Source: an uncultured Collinsella sp.
Lineage (GTDB): Bacteria > Actinomycetota > Coriobacteriia > Coriobacteriales > Coriobacteriaceae
Direction of reading: 5' to 3'
Assembly (NCBI GenBank): GCA_900759335.1
Contig: CAAEUX010000102.1
Coordinates: 78,713-142,712, forward strand
Length of the DNA: 64,000 nucleotides
Both the position numbers and the translations under genes were made by a program. Shown here piece by piece: positions 31,566 to 41,938 of the stretch. The stretch's first letter is position 1. The number at the start of each line of letters is the position of its first letter. A model generated the notes under the pieces. That model was not told where the DNA came from. It did no database searches and worked only from the letters and a program-made list of their open reading frames with translations.

Positions 31566-32435
31566 ATGGCCCAGATTACCGCCGCTATGGTCAAGCAGCT
31601 CCGCGAGATGACCGACTCCCCGATGATGGAGTGCAAGAAGGCTCTCGTCGAGGCTGACGGCGACATGGACGCCGCTGTTGACGTTCTGCGCAAGAACGGC
31701 CTTGCCAAGGCTGCCAAGAAGGCTGGCCGTGAGACCAACGAGGGCGCTGTCGCCGCATTCGTCTCCGAGGATGGCAAGACCGGCGCTCTGCTCGAGCTCT
31801 CCTGCGAGACCGACTTCGTTGGCTCCAACGCCAAGTTCACCGGCTTTGCTTCCAAGGTCGCTGAGGTTGTCGCCACCACCGAGCCGGCCGATGTCGACGC
31901 TCTGCTCGAGAAGCCGATGGGCGAGGAGACCGTTTCCTCCGAGCTCACCGAGATGATTCACATCATGGGCGAGAACATGAAGATCTCCCGTTTCGCTGCC
32001 CGCAAGGCTGAGAACGGCGCGCTCGCTTCTTACATCCACATGGGTGGTAAGATCGGCGTCCTCGTCGAGTTCGCCTTCGAGAAGGCCGAGACCGCTCAGG
32101 CTGAGTCCTTCAAGACCTTCGCTCACGACGTTGCCCTTCAGGTTGCTGCCGTCGCCCCGATCTGCGCTACCCGCGATCAGGTTCCGGCCGAGACCGTCGA
32201 GCACGAGAAGCAGATCTACATGGCCCAGGCTGCCGAGTCCGGCAAGGCCGAGGCTATCCAGGAAAAGATGGCTGTCGGCCGTCTGGAGAAGTTCTACAAG
32301 CAGTCCGTGCTCACCGAGCAGGAGTTCATCAAGGACAGCTCCCTCACCATCAAGAAGTACGCTGAGCAGGTCTCCAAGGAGCTCGGCGACACCATTACCG
32401 TCGTTGCCTTTGACCGTCTGGTCCGTGGCGAGTAA
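31566..32435 (+). CDS. tsf: Elongation factor Ts
   Basis: MAQITAAMVKQLREMTDSPMMECKKALVEADGDMDAAVDVLRKNG is the canonical UBA-like N-terminus. ATG at 31566 (AAAGGAA RBS), not the track's TTG at 31551. Confidence 0.95.
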   Translation: MAQITAAMVKQLREMTDSPMMECKKALVEADGDMDAAVDVLRKNGLAKAAKKAGRETNEGAVAAFVSEDGKTGALLELSCETDFVGSNAKFTGFASKVAEVVATTEPADVDALLEKPMGEETVSSELTEMIHIMGENMKISRFAARKAENGALASYIHMGGKIGVLVEFAFEKAETAQAESFKTFAHDVALQVAAVAPICATRDQVPAETVEHEKQIYMAQAAESGKAEAIQEKMAVGRLEKFYKQSVLTEQEFIKDSSLTIKKYAEQVSKELGDTITVVAFDRLVRGE

Positions 32436-32457
32436 ATAAGCTCTTGTAGCTGGTAAT

Positions 32458-32495
32458 GAGCAGGCTGTGGGTTTTACTCACAGCCTGCTTTTTCA
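32458..32495 (+). terminator. Intrinsic terminator after rpsB-tsf
   Basis: GCAGGCTGTG-GGTTTTACT-CACAGCCTGC hairpin with a 10-bp stem, followed by TTTTTC. Confidence 0.85.
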
Positions 32496-32552
32496 TGGCT
32501 CTTATCAGAGCCTTTGATATCATATTGAGAGTCTAATTAAAGGAGGATCGCT

Positions 32553-33275
32553 TTGTCCGACATCCGATATAAACGCGTGCTTCTTAAGCTTTCCGGCGAA
32601 GCACTGATGGGCGACGGCCAATATGGCATCGACCCCAAGGTTACCGACCATCTTGCCAAGCAGGTCAAGGAGCTGCTCGCCGTTGGCCATGAGGTCGGCG
32701 TCGTTGTCGGCGGCGGCAATATTTTCCGCGGCATGGCCGGCGCTGCCGGTGGCATGGAGCGTGCACAGGCCGACTACATGGGCATGTTGGCAACCGTTAT
32801 GAACGCGCTCGCCCTGCAGGATGCCTTCGAGCATAACGATGTTCCCTGCCGCGTGATGAGCGCTATCCAGATGAACGAGATCTGCGAGCCCTATATTCGC
32901 CGTCGCGCCATCAACCACCTTTCCAAGGGCAACGTCGTTATTTTTGCCGCCGGTTCGGGCAATCCGTACTTTACGACCGACACCGCCGCGGCTCTCCGTG
33001 CGTGCGAGATCGGCGCCGAGATTCTGATTAAAGCCACCAAGGTTGACGGCATCTACGACAAGGATCCCGTCAAGTGCGCCGATGCCGTCCGTTTTGACAA
33101 GATTACCTATCACGAGGTTCTCGTCCGTGGCCTGCAGGTTATGGATTCCACGGCTACGGCTCTGTGCCAGGATAACCGTATGCCGATTTTGGTCCTCAAC
33201 ATCGATGGCGAGGACACCGTCAAGCGCGCGCTTTCGGGTGAGCCCGTCGGCACGCTCGTCTATCAGGAGGATTAA
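32553..33275 (+). CDS. pyrH: Uridylate kinase
   Basis: [11 protein letters not shown]...GGGNIFRG amino-acid-kinase motifs. TTG start. Confidence 0.95.
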   Translation: MSDIRYKRVLLKLSGEALMGDGQYGIDPKVTDHLAKQVKELLAVGHEVGVVVGGGNIFRGMAGAAGGMERAQADYMGMLATVMNALALQDAFEHNDVPCRVMSAIQMNEICEPYIRRRAINHLSKGNVVIFAAGSGNPYFTTDTAAALRACEIGAEILIKATKVDGIYDKDPVKCADAVRFDKITYHEVLVRGLQVMDSTATALCQDNRMPILVLNIDGEDTVKRALSGEPVGTLVYQED

Positions 33276-33277
33276 GC

Positions 33278-33814
33278 ATGGCAGAGAACATCACCGCCCA
33301 TATGGACAAGTCGCTCGAGTCCCTCAAGCATAACTTCTCCAAGGTCCGTACCGGCCGCGCCAATGCCAACATTCTGTCCGACATCACCGTCGATTATTAC
33401 GGTGTTCCCACGCCGGTCACGCAGGTTGCCGCCGTCAAGACCCCCGAGGCCCACATGCTGCTCATCGAGCCGTGGGACAAGGCACTCATCAATGCTATCG
33501 TCAAGGCCATCGGCGCTTCCGATCTGGGTATTACCCCCAACTCCGATGGCACCGTCGTTCGTCTTCCGTTCCCGGCTCCCACTGAGGAGCGCCGTCGCGA
33601 GCTCGTCAAGGAGTGCCGCGAGTACGCCGAGCAGGCCAAGGTGTCTATCCGTAACATCCGTCGCGACTTCAACAACAAGCTCGAGCGCGATGAGGAGCTC
33701 ACCGAGGACGATGTCCGTCGCGAGCAGGCCAAGGTCCAGAAGCACACTGATGAGTATGTCGCCAAGGTCGAGGAGCTTCTGAAGGAAAAAGAAGCCGAGG
33801 TCATGGAGATCTAA
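33278..33814 (+). CDS. frr: Ribosome recycling factor
   Basis: Canonical RRF sequence (...FSKVRTGRANANILSDITVDYYG...). Confidence 0.95.
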   Translation: MAENITAHMDKSLESLKHNFSKVRTGRANANILSDITVDYYGVPTPVTQVAAVKTPEAHMLLIEPWDKALINAIVKAIGASDLGITPNSDGTVVRLPFPAPTEERRRELVKECREYAEQAKVSIRNIRRDFNNKLERDEELTEDDVRREQAKVQKHTDEYVAKVEELLKEKEAEVMEI

Positions 33815-33815
33815 G

Positions 33816-34610
33816 GTGCAATACGACGAGCATAAACTGGTCGAGTACTTTGCCGACGCCCCTGCGGGCGTCGGTTTTTCCGACCTTGACCTCAATAACA
33901 TTCCGCACCATATCTCGTGCATCATGGACGGCAACGGTCGTTGGGCCACGTCGCGCGGTCTTGCACGCACCGAGGGCCACAAGGCGGGTATCGTCTCGCT
34001 GCGCGAGATCATTACCGCCTGCGTGCGCCTGGGCGTCGACGTGCTTTCGGCCTATGCGTTTTCTACCGAAAACTGGAACCGCCCGCAGCATGAGGTCAAC
34101 GTCTTGATGCACCTGTTTGCCAAGACGTTCATCGACGAGTTGCCGCTTCTGAAGCGCGAAAACGTGCGCGTTGTCTTTTTGGGTGATATTTCCGCGCTGC
34201 CCAAGAAGACCCGCGACGTTTTTGAACGCGGTCTTGCCGAGTGCGCCGATCACACCGGTATGACGCTGGCGCTTGCCGTCAACTACGGCGCGCGTGCCGA
34301 GATTACCCGCGCTGTCCGTCAGATCGCGCTCGACGTTGCCGCCGGTAAGATTGATCCTGCCGCAATTGATGACGACATGGTGGCTTCCCACCTCTATACC
34401 GCCGGTCTTCCCGATCCTGAGCTTGTGATTCGCACCTCTGGTGAGCTGCGCCTTTCGAACTATCTGCTGTGGCAGGTAGCTTATTCCGAGTTCTACGTCA
34501 CCGATACCTATTGGCCCGACTTTGATCGTTGGGGCCTTGTCGACGCCATTTTGGCCTATCAGGGCCGTGACCGTAGGTTTGGTGGACTGAGCAAGACCGA
34601 GGAGGCTTAA
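33816..34610 (+). CDS. uppS: Ditrans,polycis-undecaprenyl-diphosphate synthase (isoprenyl transferase)
   Basis: HHISCIMDGNGRWA and ...RTSGELRLSNYLLWQVAYSE cis-prenyltransferase motifs. Confidence 0.9.
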   Translation: MQYDEHKLVEYFADAPAGVGFSDLDLNNIPHHISCIMDGNGRWATSRGLARTEGHKAGIVSLREIITACVRLGVDVLSAYAFSTENWNRPQHEVNVLMHLFAKTFIDELPLLKRENVRVVFLGDISALPKKTRDVFERGLAECADHTGMTLALAVNYGARAEITRAVRQIALDVAAGKIDPAAIDDDMVASHLYTAGLPDPELVIRTSGELRLSNYLLWQVAYSEFYVTDTYWPDFDRWGLVDAILAYQGRDRRFGGLSKTEEA

Positions 34611-34612
34611 TC

Positions 34613-35512
34613 GTGTCCGATCGTCCCAAGGCATCTGCTCCCAAGACGCCTGCGCGTAAAGCTGCCACTGCGGGAGCGCCTGCAGCGAAGAGCGGTTCCG
34701 GTTCGTGGCTGGCGGGCTTTATTACCCGTGCCGCCGCCGGTATCGTCTATGCCGTTGTCTTTATCCTGTGCCTGGTTTTGGGTATCGTGCCCACGGCCAT
34801 CTTTGTTTCCGTCATGAGCGGTCTGTGCTGTTATGAGTTTTTCCGTATGACGAGGCTCGATGGCAAGATGGCTAACGAGCGCATGGGTATCGCTGCCGCC
34901 GTACTCTTTCCGCTGTCGGCGTTGGGCGATTCGATGTTGCTGAATGCCCTGCTTTTTGCCCTGATGCTCGCTGTGGGCATTTGGTATGTCTGGTCGCCGC
35001 GTACCCGCATCTCTGATGTGGCCGTGACGCTCATGGGTCCCATCTACACTGGCTTTATGCTGTCGGCTATCGTGCTGCTGCGCGATGCCGTGCCCGGTTT
35101 TGCCGGCGCCCTGCTTTCAGTGGGCGTTTGCGCGTCCCTTTGGGTCTCCGATTCGTTTGCCTACATTGTGGGCAGCCGTATCGGCAAGCACAAGATGGTT
35201 CCCAAGATCTCTCCCAAAAAGAGCTGGGAGGGGTTTGTCGGCGGCATCCTGGGCTCGGTTTTGATTTGGCTCATTCTGTGGGCGACGCACTTCTACAAGC
35301 TCAGCCTGCCCTATGCGCTGCTGTGCGGCGTGGTCGTGTCCATTTTGGGCGTTATCGGCGACCTTATCGAGTCGCGCATCAAGCGTGGCGTGGGCGTCAA
35401 GGATTCCGGCAACCTTATCCCGGGCCATGGCGGCATGCTCGACCGTAGCGACTCGCTTATCTTTGGCTGCATTACCGCTCAGCTGCTTTTGATGATCGGA
35501 GGCGTGCTGTAA
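34613..35512 (+). CDS. cdsA: Phosphatidate cytidylyltransferase
   Basis: Polytopic membrane protein with the C-terminal CTP-transferase signature (...IKRGVGVKDSGNLIPGHGGMLDRSDSLIF). Confidence 0.85.
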   Translation: MSDRPKASAPKTPARKAATAGAPAAKSGSGSWLAGFITRAAAGIVYAVVFILCLVLGIVPTAIFVSVMSGLCCYEFFRMTRLDGKMANERMGIAAAVLFPLSALGDSMLLNALLFALMLAVGIWYVWSPRTRISDVAVTLMGPIYTGFMLSAIVLLRDAVPGFAGALLSVGVCASLWVSDSFAYIVGSRIGKHKMVPKISPKKSWEGFVGGILGSVLIWLILWATHFYKLSLPYALLCGVVVSILGVIGDLIESRIKRGVGVKDSGNLIPGHGGMLDRSDSLIFGCITAQLLLMIGGVL

Positions 35513-36699
35513 TGTCATTCCAGACGACGTATGGCCCCGATGGACGCCTCCGTGTTGCCATCCTGGGTTGTACGGGCTCTATCGGCACCCAGGCACTCGA
35601 TGTGTGCCGTCAGCATGCTGATCGCCTACAGGTGACGGCGCTGTCCGTTAATTCCAGCACCTCTGAGCTCGTTGCCGCTGCCCGCGAGTTCTCGGTTCCG
35701 GCGGTTGCCGTGGCCGATGTCGCTCACGGCGATGACGCCGTGCTGCAGGAGTTGCCCGAGGGAACGAAGCTCGGCGTTGGCGCGCAGGCGGTTTGCGAGC
35801 TCGCGCGTCGCGACGATGTCGACTGCGTGCTCGTTGCTATTGTGGGCGCCGCCGGTCTCGAGGCGAGCCATGCGGCCTTGACCTCTAATAAGCGCCTTGC
35901 CCTTGCCAACAAGGAGTCCCTCGTCGTCGGCGGCGACTTGCTTATGCCGTTGGCGCAACCGGGCCAGCTTATTCCAGTCGACTCTGAGCACTCCGCCATC
36001 TACCAGTGCTATCTGGGGGAGAACCCGCGCGAGGCTCATTGTATTTGGCTCACCTGCTCGGGCGGTCCGTTCTTTGGCCGCACGCGCGACGAGCTAGATC
36101 GCGTGACGCGTGCCGATGCCCTCGCACATCCCACGTGGGCCATGGGTGCTAAGATCACCATCGACTCCGCCACCCTCATGAATAAGGGCCTGGAGCGCAT
36201 TGAGGCCATGCATCTGTTTAACTGCGACCTCGATTTCATTAACGTGGTCGTGCAGCGTCAGTCCAAGATTCACTCTATGGTCGAGTTTGCCGACGGCTCC
36301 GTGATGGCGCATCTCGGTGCTTCCGACATGCGTATTCCCATCCAGTTCGCGTTCTCGTATCCCGAGCGTTGGGATACCCCGGCGCCTCGTATCGATTTCC
36401 GCGAGCTGGGGCAGCTCACGTTTGATGCTGCCGACATGGATACCTTCCGCTGTCTGGCACTGGCCGAGCGTGCCGGCAAGACGGGTGGCACCATGCCGTG
36501 CGTGCTCAATGCCGCCAACGAGGTCGCCGTCGATGCCTTCCTGCACGATGGCTGCAGCTTTACCGATATCGATTGCATTGTGGAATCCTGCATGGATGCC
36601 CACGATATGCAGGCGGTCGATTCGTTTGAGCAGCTTCGCGACATCGATGCGTGGGCGCGTGAAAAGGCTGCGCAGGTACTCGCCGCAACCCGTTCCTAA
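35512..36699 (+). CDS. dxr: 1-deoxy-D-xylulose 5-phosphate reductoisomerase
   Basis: RVAILGCTGSIGTQALDV NADPH-binding N-terminus and LANKESLV motif. Synteny uppS-cdsA-dxr-rseP-ispG. Confidence 0.95.
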   Translation: MSFQTTYGPDGRLRVAILGCTGSIGTQALDVCRQHADRLQVTALSVNSSTSELVAAAREFSVPAVAVADVAHGDDAVLQELPEGTKLGVGAQAVCELARRDDVDCVLVAIVGAAGLEASHAALTSNKRLALANKESLVVGGDLLMPLAQPGQLIPVDSEHSAIYQCYLGENPREAHCIWLTCSGGPFFGRTRDELDRVTRADALAHPTWAMGAKITIDSATLMNKGLERIEAMHLFNCDLDFINVVVQRQSKIHSMVEFADGSVMAHLGASDMRIPIQFAFSYPERWDTPAPRIDFRELGQLTFDAADMDTFRCLALAERAGKTGGTMPCVLNAANEVAVDAFLHDGCSFTDIDCIVESCMDAHDMQAVDSFEQLRDIDAWAREKAAQVLAATRS

Positions 36700-36724
36700 C
36701 CCATAAGGATTGCTTTTTCGTTTT

Positions 36725-38086
36725 ATGGATACTGTTCTGAGCGTTCTCTCATCGGTCTTTTGGGGCCTGCTGATGCTTTCCGTCCTCGTGTTTTTGCACG
36801 AGGGCGGCCACTTTTTGGCGGCGCGTGCCTGCGGCGTCCGTGTGACCGAGTTCTTTTTGGGCCTGCCGTGCCGCTTTGACATCCATTACACGTCGCGTCG
36901 CATTGGAACCAAGTTTGGCGTGACCCCGCTGCTGCTGGGTGGCTACGCTGCCATCTGCGGTATGGATCCGACCGATGTCTCCTGCGCCGATCGCGTGCTC
37001 GCGGCTATCTACCGTCATGGTCGCGTGACCGTGGCCGACCTTGCTGTCGAGCTCGAGCTTTCCGAGGAGGATGTGCTCGAGGCTTGTGCTCTGTTGCTGG
37101 GCTGGGGCTCCATCGCTCCCTGGTATGAGGAAGGGGAGAAACCCTCGCCGAGCTACTATCCCACCAAGTATCAGACGCTGCCGCGAGACGCGGCGGGTTA
37201 CACCACCTTTGACGGCCGCCGGTTCGATCGAGAGCATGCGACTGCCGAGGGCGATGTGTGGGAGCTGCCGTGCGGCGAGGCTGATTTCTTGGCGCAAGAG
37301 CGCTCGCACACTTATCTTGGCCAGGGCTTTCTCAAGCGCGCCTTTATGCTGCTCGCGGGCATTCTCGTCAATATCCTGACGGGTTTTTTGCTGCTTATGA
37401 GCATCTATTCCATTGCGGGCGTCACCGTGCCGATCGATACCAACGTGATCGGTCAGGTTGACGAGGGGTCTATTGCCGCCAAGGCGGGTATCGAGGCTGG
37501 TGATGCGATCCTTTCGGTTGACGGTGTATCGTGCTCCACATGGATGAGCGTTTACGATGCCATCGGCAAGGCCGCCGGTAAGGACGATATCGCCATTGAG
37601 TATGAGCGCGACGGCAAGCAGCATTCGACCTCGGTTGCGCTCAAAGAGGACGAGCGCCTAGGTGTGTATGCCTCTACGCAGGTGGTCCGTTTAGACCCCA
37701 TCACGTCGGCTCGCCTTTCGTTCTCCTATGTCGTGCAGACAGCGGAGGGCGTGATGCGCCTGCTCCAGCCGCAGCATACGATGGAGATTCTCGATCAGTC
37801 TTCTTCGATCGTGGGCATTAGCGTTATGTCCTCACAGGCTGCTGCTGCCGGTCCTGCCACGTTCCTTTCGTTTGCCGCCCTCATTTCGTTCTCGCTTGGC
37901 TTTATGAACCTGCTGCCCATCCCACCACTCGATGGCGGCAAGCTGGTCATCGAGATCATTCAAAAGATTGCTGGCCGCGAGCTTCCACTCAAGGTCCAGA
38001 CGATTGTGAGCTATGTGGGCATCGCGCTCTTTGCGCTGCTGTTTGTCTATATGCTTCGTTCCGACGTCCTTCGATTTATCCTGTAG
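36725..38086 (+). CDS. rseP: RIP zinc metalloprotease RseP (site-2 protease), with a ~140-aa insertion between TM1 and TM2
   Basis: HEGGHFLAA (HExxH) in TM1, a PDZ domain (GSIAAKAGIEAGDAILSVDG), and the C-terminal LDG motif (NLLPIPPLDGGK). ATG at 36725 preferred to the TTG at 36710. Confidence 0.85.
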   Translation: MDTVLSVLSSVFWGLLMLSVLVFLHEGGHFLAARACGVRVTEFFLGLPCRFDIHYTSRRIGTKFGVTPLLLGGYAAICGMDPTDVSCADRVLAAIYRHGRVTVADLAVELELSEEDVLEACALLLGWGSIAPWYEEGEKPSPSYYPTKYQTLPRDAAGYTTFDGRRFDREHATAEGDVWELPCGEADFLAQERSHTYLGQGFLKRAFMLLAGILVNILTGFLLLMSIYSIAGVTVPIDTNVIGQVDEGSIAAKAGIEAGDAILSVDGVSCSTWMSVYDAIGKAAGKDDIAIEYERDGKQHSTSVALKEDERLGVYASTQVVRLDPITSARLSFSYVVQTAEGVMRLLQPQHTMEILDQSSSIVGISVMSSQAAAAGPATFLSFAALISFSLGFMNLLPIPPLDGGKLVIEIIQKIAGRELPLKVQTIVSYVGIALFALLFVYMLRSDVLRFIL

Positions 38087-38099
38087 GGGAGTGTTTGGA

Positions 38100-39182
38100 T
38101 TGTCTTTATCCCATCCTTTGCCTCGCGAGTTGACGCGCCCCGTGCATGTGGGCGGTGTGCAGATCGGTGGCGGCGCGCCGGTGGTGGTCCAATCCATGAC
38201 CTGCACTGATACCGCTGATGCCCAGGCAACGCTTGCGCAAGTGTGCGCGTTGGCGCAGGCTGGCTGCGATATCGTGCGTGTGAGCGTGCCCACCGAGGCC
38301 GCGCTTGAGGGTTTCCGCATCATCTGTGCCGAGTCTCCGGTGCCGATCGTCGCCGATATTCACTTTAACCATAAGCTCGCCATCGGCGCCGTCGAGGCTG
38401 GTGCCGCCAAGCTTCGCATCAATCCCGGCAATATCGGCGATTGGGCTAAGGTCGATGCCGTGATCGATGCCGCGGGCGCCGCTGGGTGCGCGATTCGTAT
38501 CGGCGTCAATGCCGGTTCGCTCGAACAGGATATCGCCGAGCGCGACGACCTCACGCAGCCCGAAAAGCTCGTGATGTCGAGCGAGCGCTTCGTCAAGCAC
38601 TTTGAGGACCGCGGCTTTACGAACATTGTGCTTTCGGCCAAGGCCCATAGCGTGCAAACGACGCTTGATACCTATCGAGCCCTGTCGCGTGAGATTCCCC
38701 ACGTTCCGCTTCACCTGGGCGTGACGGAGGCGGGGACCAAGCTCCAGGGCACCATCAAGAGCTCTGTAGGCTTGGGTATCTTGCTTTCCGAAGGCATTGG
38801 CGACACCATGCGTGTGTCGCTCACAGCCGATCCGGTTGAGGAGCCGCCGGTTGCCTGGGGTATTCTGCAGTCGCTGGGCCTGCGTCGCCGTGGTCCCGAG
38901 ATTGTCTCGTGCCCCACGTGCGCCCGCTGCCAGGTTGACCTCATTCCCATTGCCGAGGAGGTCACCGAGCGGCTTAAGAACTACTCCGCGCCACTTTCGA
39001 TCGCTGTGATGGGATGTGCCGTTAATGGCCCCGGCGAGGCTTCCGACGCCGACCTAGGCGTGGCCTGTGGACGAGGTCAGGCCCTGCTCTTTTCGCATGG
39101 CCAGATCATTGGTAAAGTAGCTGAGGATCAAATTGTCGACGCGCTGATGGCTGAGGTCGACAAACTTATTGAGGAGAAGTAA
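38100..39182 (+). CDS. ispG: 4-hydroxy-3-methylbut-2-en-1-yl diphosphate synthase (flavodoxin) IspG/GcpE
   Basis: TIM-barrel N-terminal domain (VHVGGVQIGGGAPVVVQSMT) and [4Fe-4S] Cys triad (CPTCARC...GCAVNGPGE). TTG at 38100 has GGGGA 9 nt upstream. The track ORF at 38013 overlaps rseP and is unlikely. Confidence 0.9.
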   Translation: MSLSHPLPRELTRPVHVGGVQIGGGAPVVVQSMTCTDTADAQATLAQVCALAQAGCDIVRVSVPTEAALEGFRIICAESPVPIVADIHFNHKLAIGAVEAGAAKLRINPGNIGDWAKVDAVIDAAGAAGCAIRIGVNAGSLEQDIAERDDLTQPEKLVMSSERFVKHFEDRGFTNIVLSAKAHSVQTTLDTYRALSREIPHVPLHLGVTEAGTKLQGTIKSSVGLGILLSEGIGDTMRVSLTADPVEEPPVAWGILQSLGLRRRGPEIVSCPTCARCQVDLIPIAEEVTERLKNYSAPLSIAVMGCAVNGPGEASDADLGVACGRGQALLFSHGQIIGKVAEDQIVDALMAEVDKLIEEK

Positions 39183-39200
39183 ATGACTCGAGCAATGTAT

Positions 39201-40907
<1,707 letters not shown>

Positions 40908-40937
40908 TCGATGATTTCGCTTTTAGTTCGATATACG

Positions 40938-40990
40938 GGACGGCCCCGCATTTCTCCAGATCGGGGAGATGCGGGCCGTCCTTTTATCTT
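40938..40990 (+). terminator. Intrinsic terminator after proS
   Basis: Long imperfect hairpin GGACGGCCCCGCATTTCTCC...GGGGAGATGCGGGCCGTCC followed by TTTTATCTT. Confidence 0.7.
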
Positions 40991-41008
40991 GTGGCATCCT
41001 CGATATCT

Positions 41009-41053
41009 AAAAAGGAAAACCCCGCAGCCGATATGAGCTTCGGGGTTTTCCTT
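41009..41053 (-). terminator. Intrinsic terminator on the minus strand for the APH-family gene. With the previous feature it forms a convergent terminator pair.
   Basis: GGAAAACCCCG...CGGGGTTTTCC hairpin. On the minus strand it is followed by TTTTT (plus-strand AAAAAGG at 41009-41015). Confidence 0.7.
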
Positions 41054-41085
41054 GTGCCTCCGATGCGAAATAAATCGCTCAGATA

Positions 41086-41850
41086 TTACTGATAATCGAC
41101 GACGTCGATCCAGTTCTTCAGGAACTCATCGTTCACGTTGCGCTTACGAGCGAGCTCGGAAGCGGCGACGATGCTCGTCCACTGACGCACGACCTGCATG
41201 GGCATGTCGGCGCGGTCGCAGTAGAGCTCCAGGTAGGCCTCAGCCTGATCCTTGCTGTTGAGGGCAAAGAGCAGGTAGGTGGTGGCAACGTCGGCAGCAG
41301 GGGAGCCCTGGGTGGCGTGTGCCCAGTCGCACACATAGAGCTGGCCGTCGTCGCCGACGATGACGTTGGAGGGGTTGAAGTCGCCGTGGCAGACCTTGAA
41401 CTCCTTGGTCATGCCGTCCAGACGCTCCTGAAGGTTGTAGCGCGTGGTGGCATTGAGCTGATCAAGGCTGTCGATCATGCGGGCGTACTTGTCGCGCTGA
41501 CGATTGAGCAGCGGGGAGGTGTAGCCGTGGATCTCGATCTGGAGGTCGACGAACATCTCGAGGTACTCACCAAAGCGCTGGGGCTCGGCAGTCATCTTCT
41601 CGGCAAGGGTGGTGCCCGGAACCTTCTCGGTCACGAGCGCCCAGCCGTTGGCGTTCTCGAGCTGGGAAACCTCGAGCGCCTTGGGGCTGCGGATGCCGCA
41701 CTCATTGATGCGGGCAAGATTCAAAGCCTCGTTGAACACGTCGGAGACAGGCTTGGTCTCGTTAAAGACCTTGACAATCTTGTCGCCCAGGTCGTAAACG
41801 ACCTTGTTGCCACGGCGGACGAGCTCGGTCTTGGAATCGGGTAGCAGCAT
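41086..41850 (-). CDS. Phosphotransferase-family kinase (aminoglycoside/choline-kinase-like APH fold)
   Basis: Brenner/catalytic motif HGDFNPSNVIV and downstream YVCDWAHA (DxD-like). 254 aa. AGGA RBS before the ATG at 41850. Confidence 0.7.
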   Translation of the reverse strand: MLLPDSKTELVRRGNKVVYDLGDKIVKVFNETKPVSDVFNEALNLARINECGIRSPKALEVSQLENANGWALVTEKVPGTTLAEKMTAEPQRFGEYLEMFVDLQIEIHGYTSPLLNRQRDKYARMIDSLDQLNATTRYNLQERLDGMTKEFKVCHGDFNPSNVIVGDDGQLYVCDWAHATQGSPAADVATTYLLFALNSKDQAEAYLELYCDRADMPMQVVRQWTSIVAASELARKRNVNDEFLKNWIDVVDYQ

Positions 41851-41883
41851 GGTTGCATCCTTTCAACGATGCGATAGAAGCGA

Positions 41884-41920
41884 CGGCGGGGGTGTGTGAA
41901 ACACCCGTGCACCCCCGCCG
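41884..41920 (-). other. GC-rich hairpin immediately 3' of adhE, with no U-tract; possible mRNA 3' stabiliser or Rho-dependent terminator region.
   Basis: CGGCGGGGGTG...CACCCCCGCCG 11-bp stem enclosing a nested GGGTGT...ACACCC. No T-run on either strand. Confidence 0.35.
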
Positions 41921-41938
41921 TTAAAAACCGTGCTAAAA

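Noticed and set aside
38013-38099. 29-codon upstream extension of ispG overlapping rseP
   Set aside because: There is no SD. The conserved IspG N-terminus begins near the TTG at 38100, which has a GGGGA RBS.
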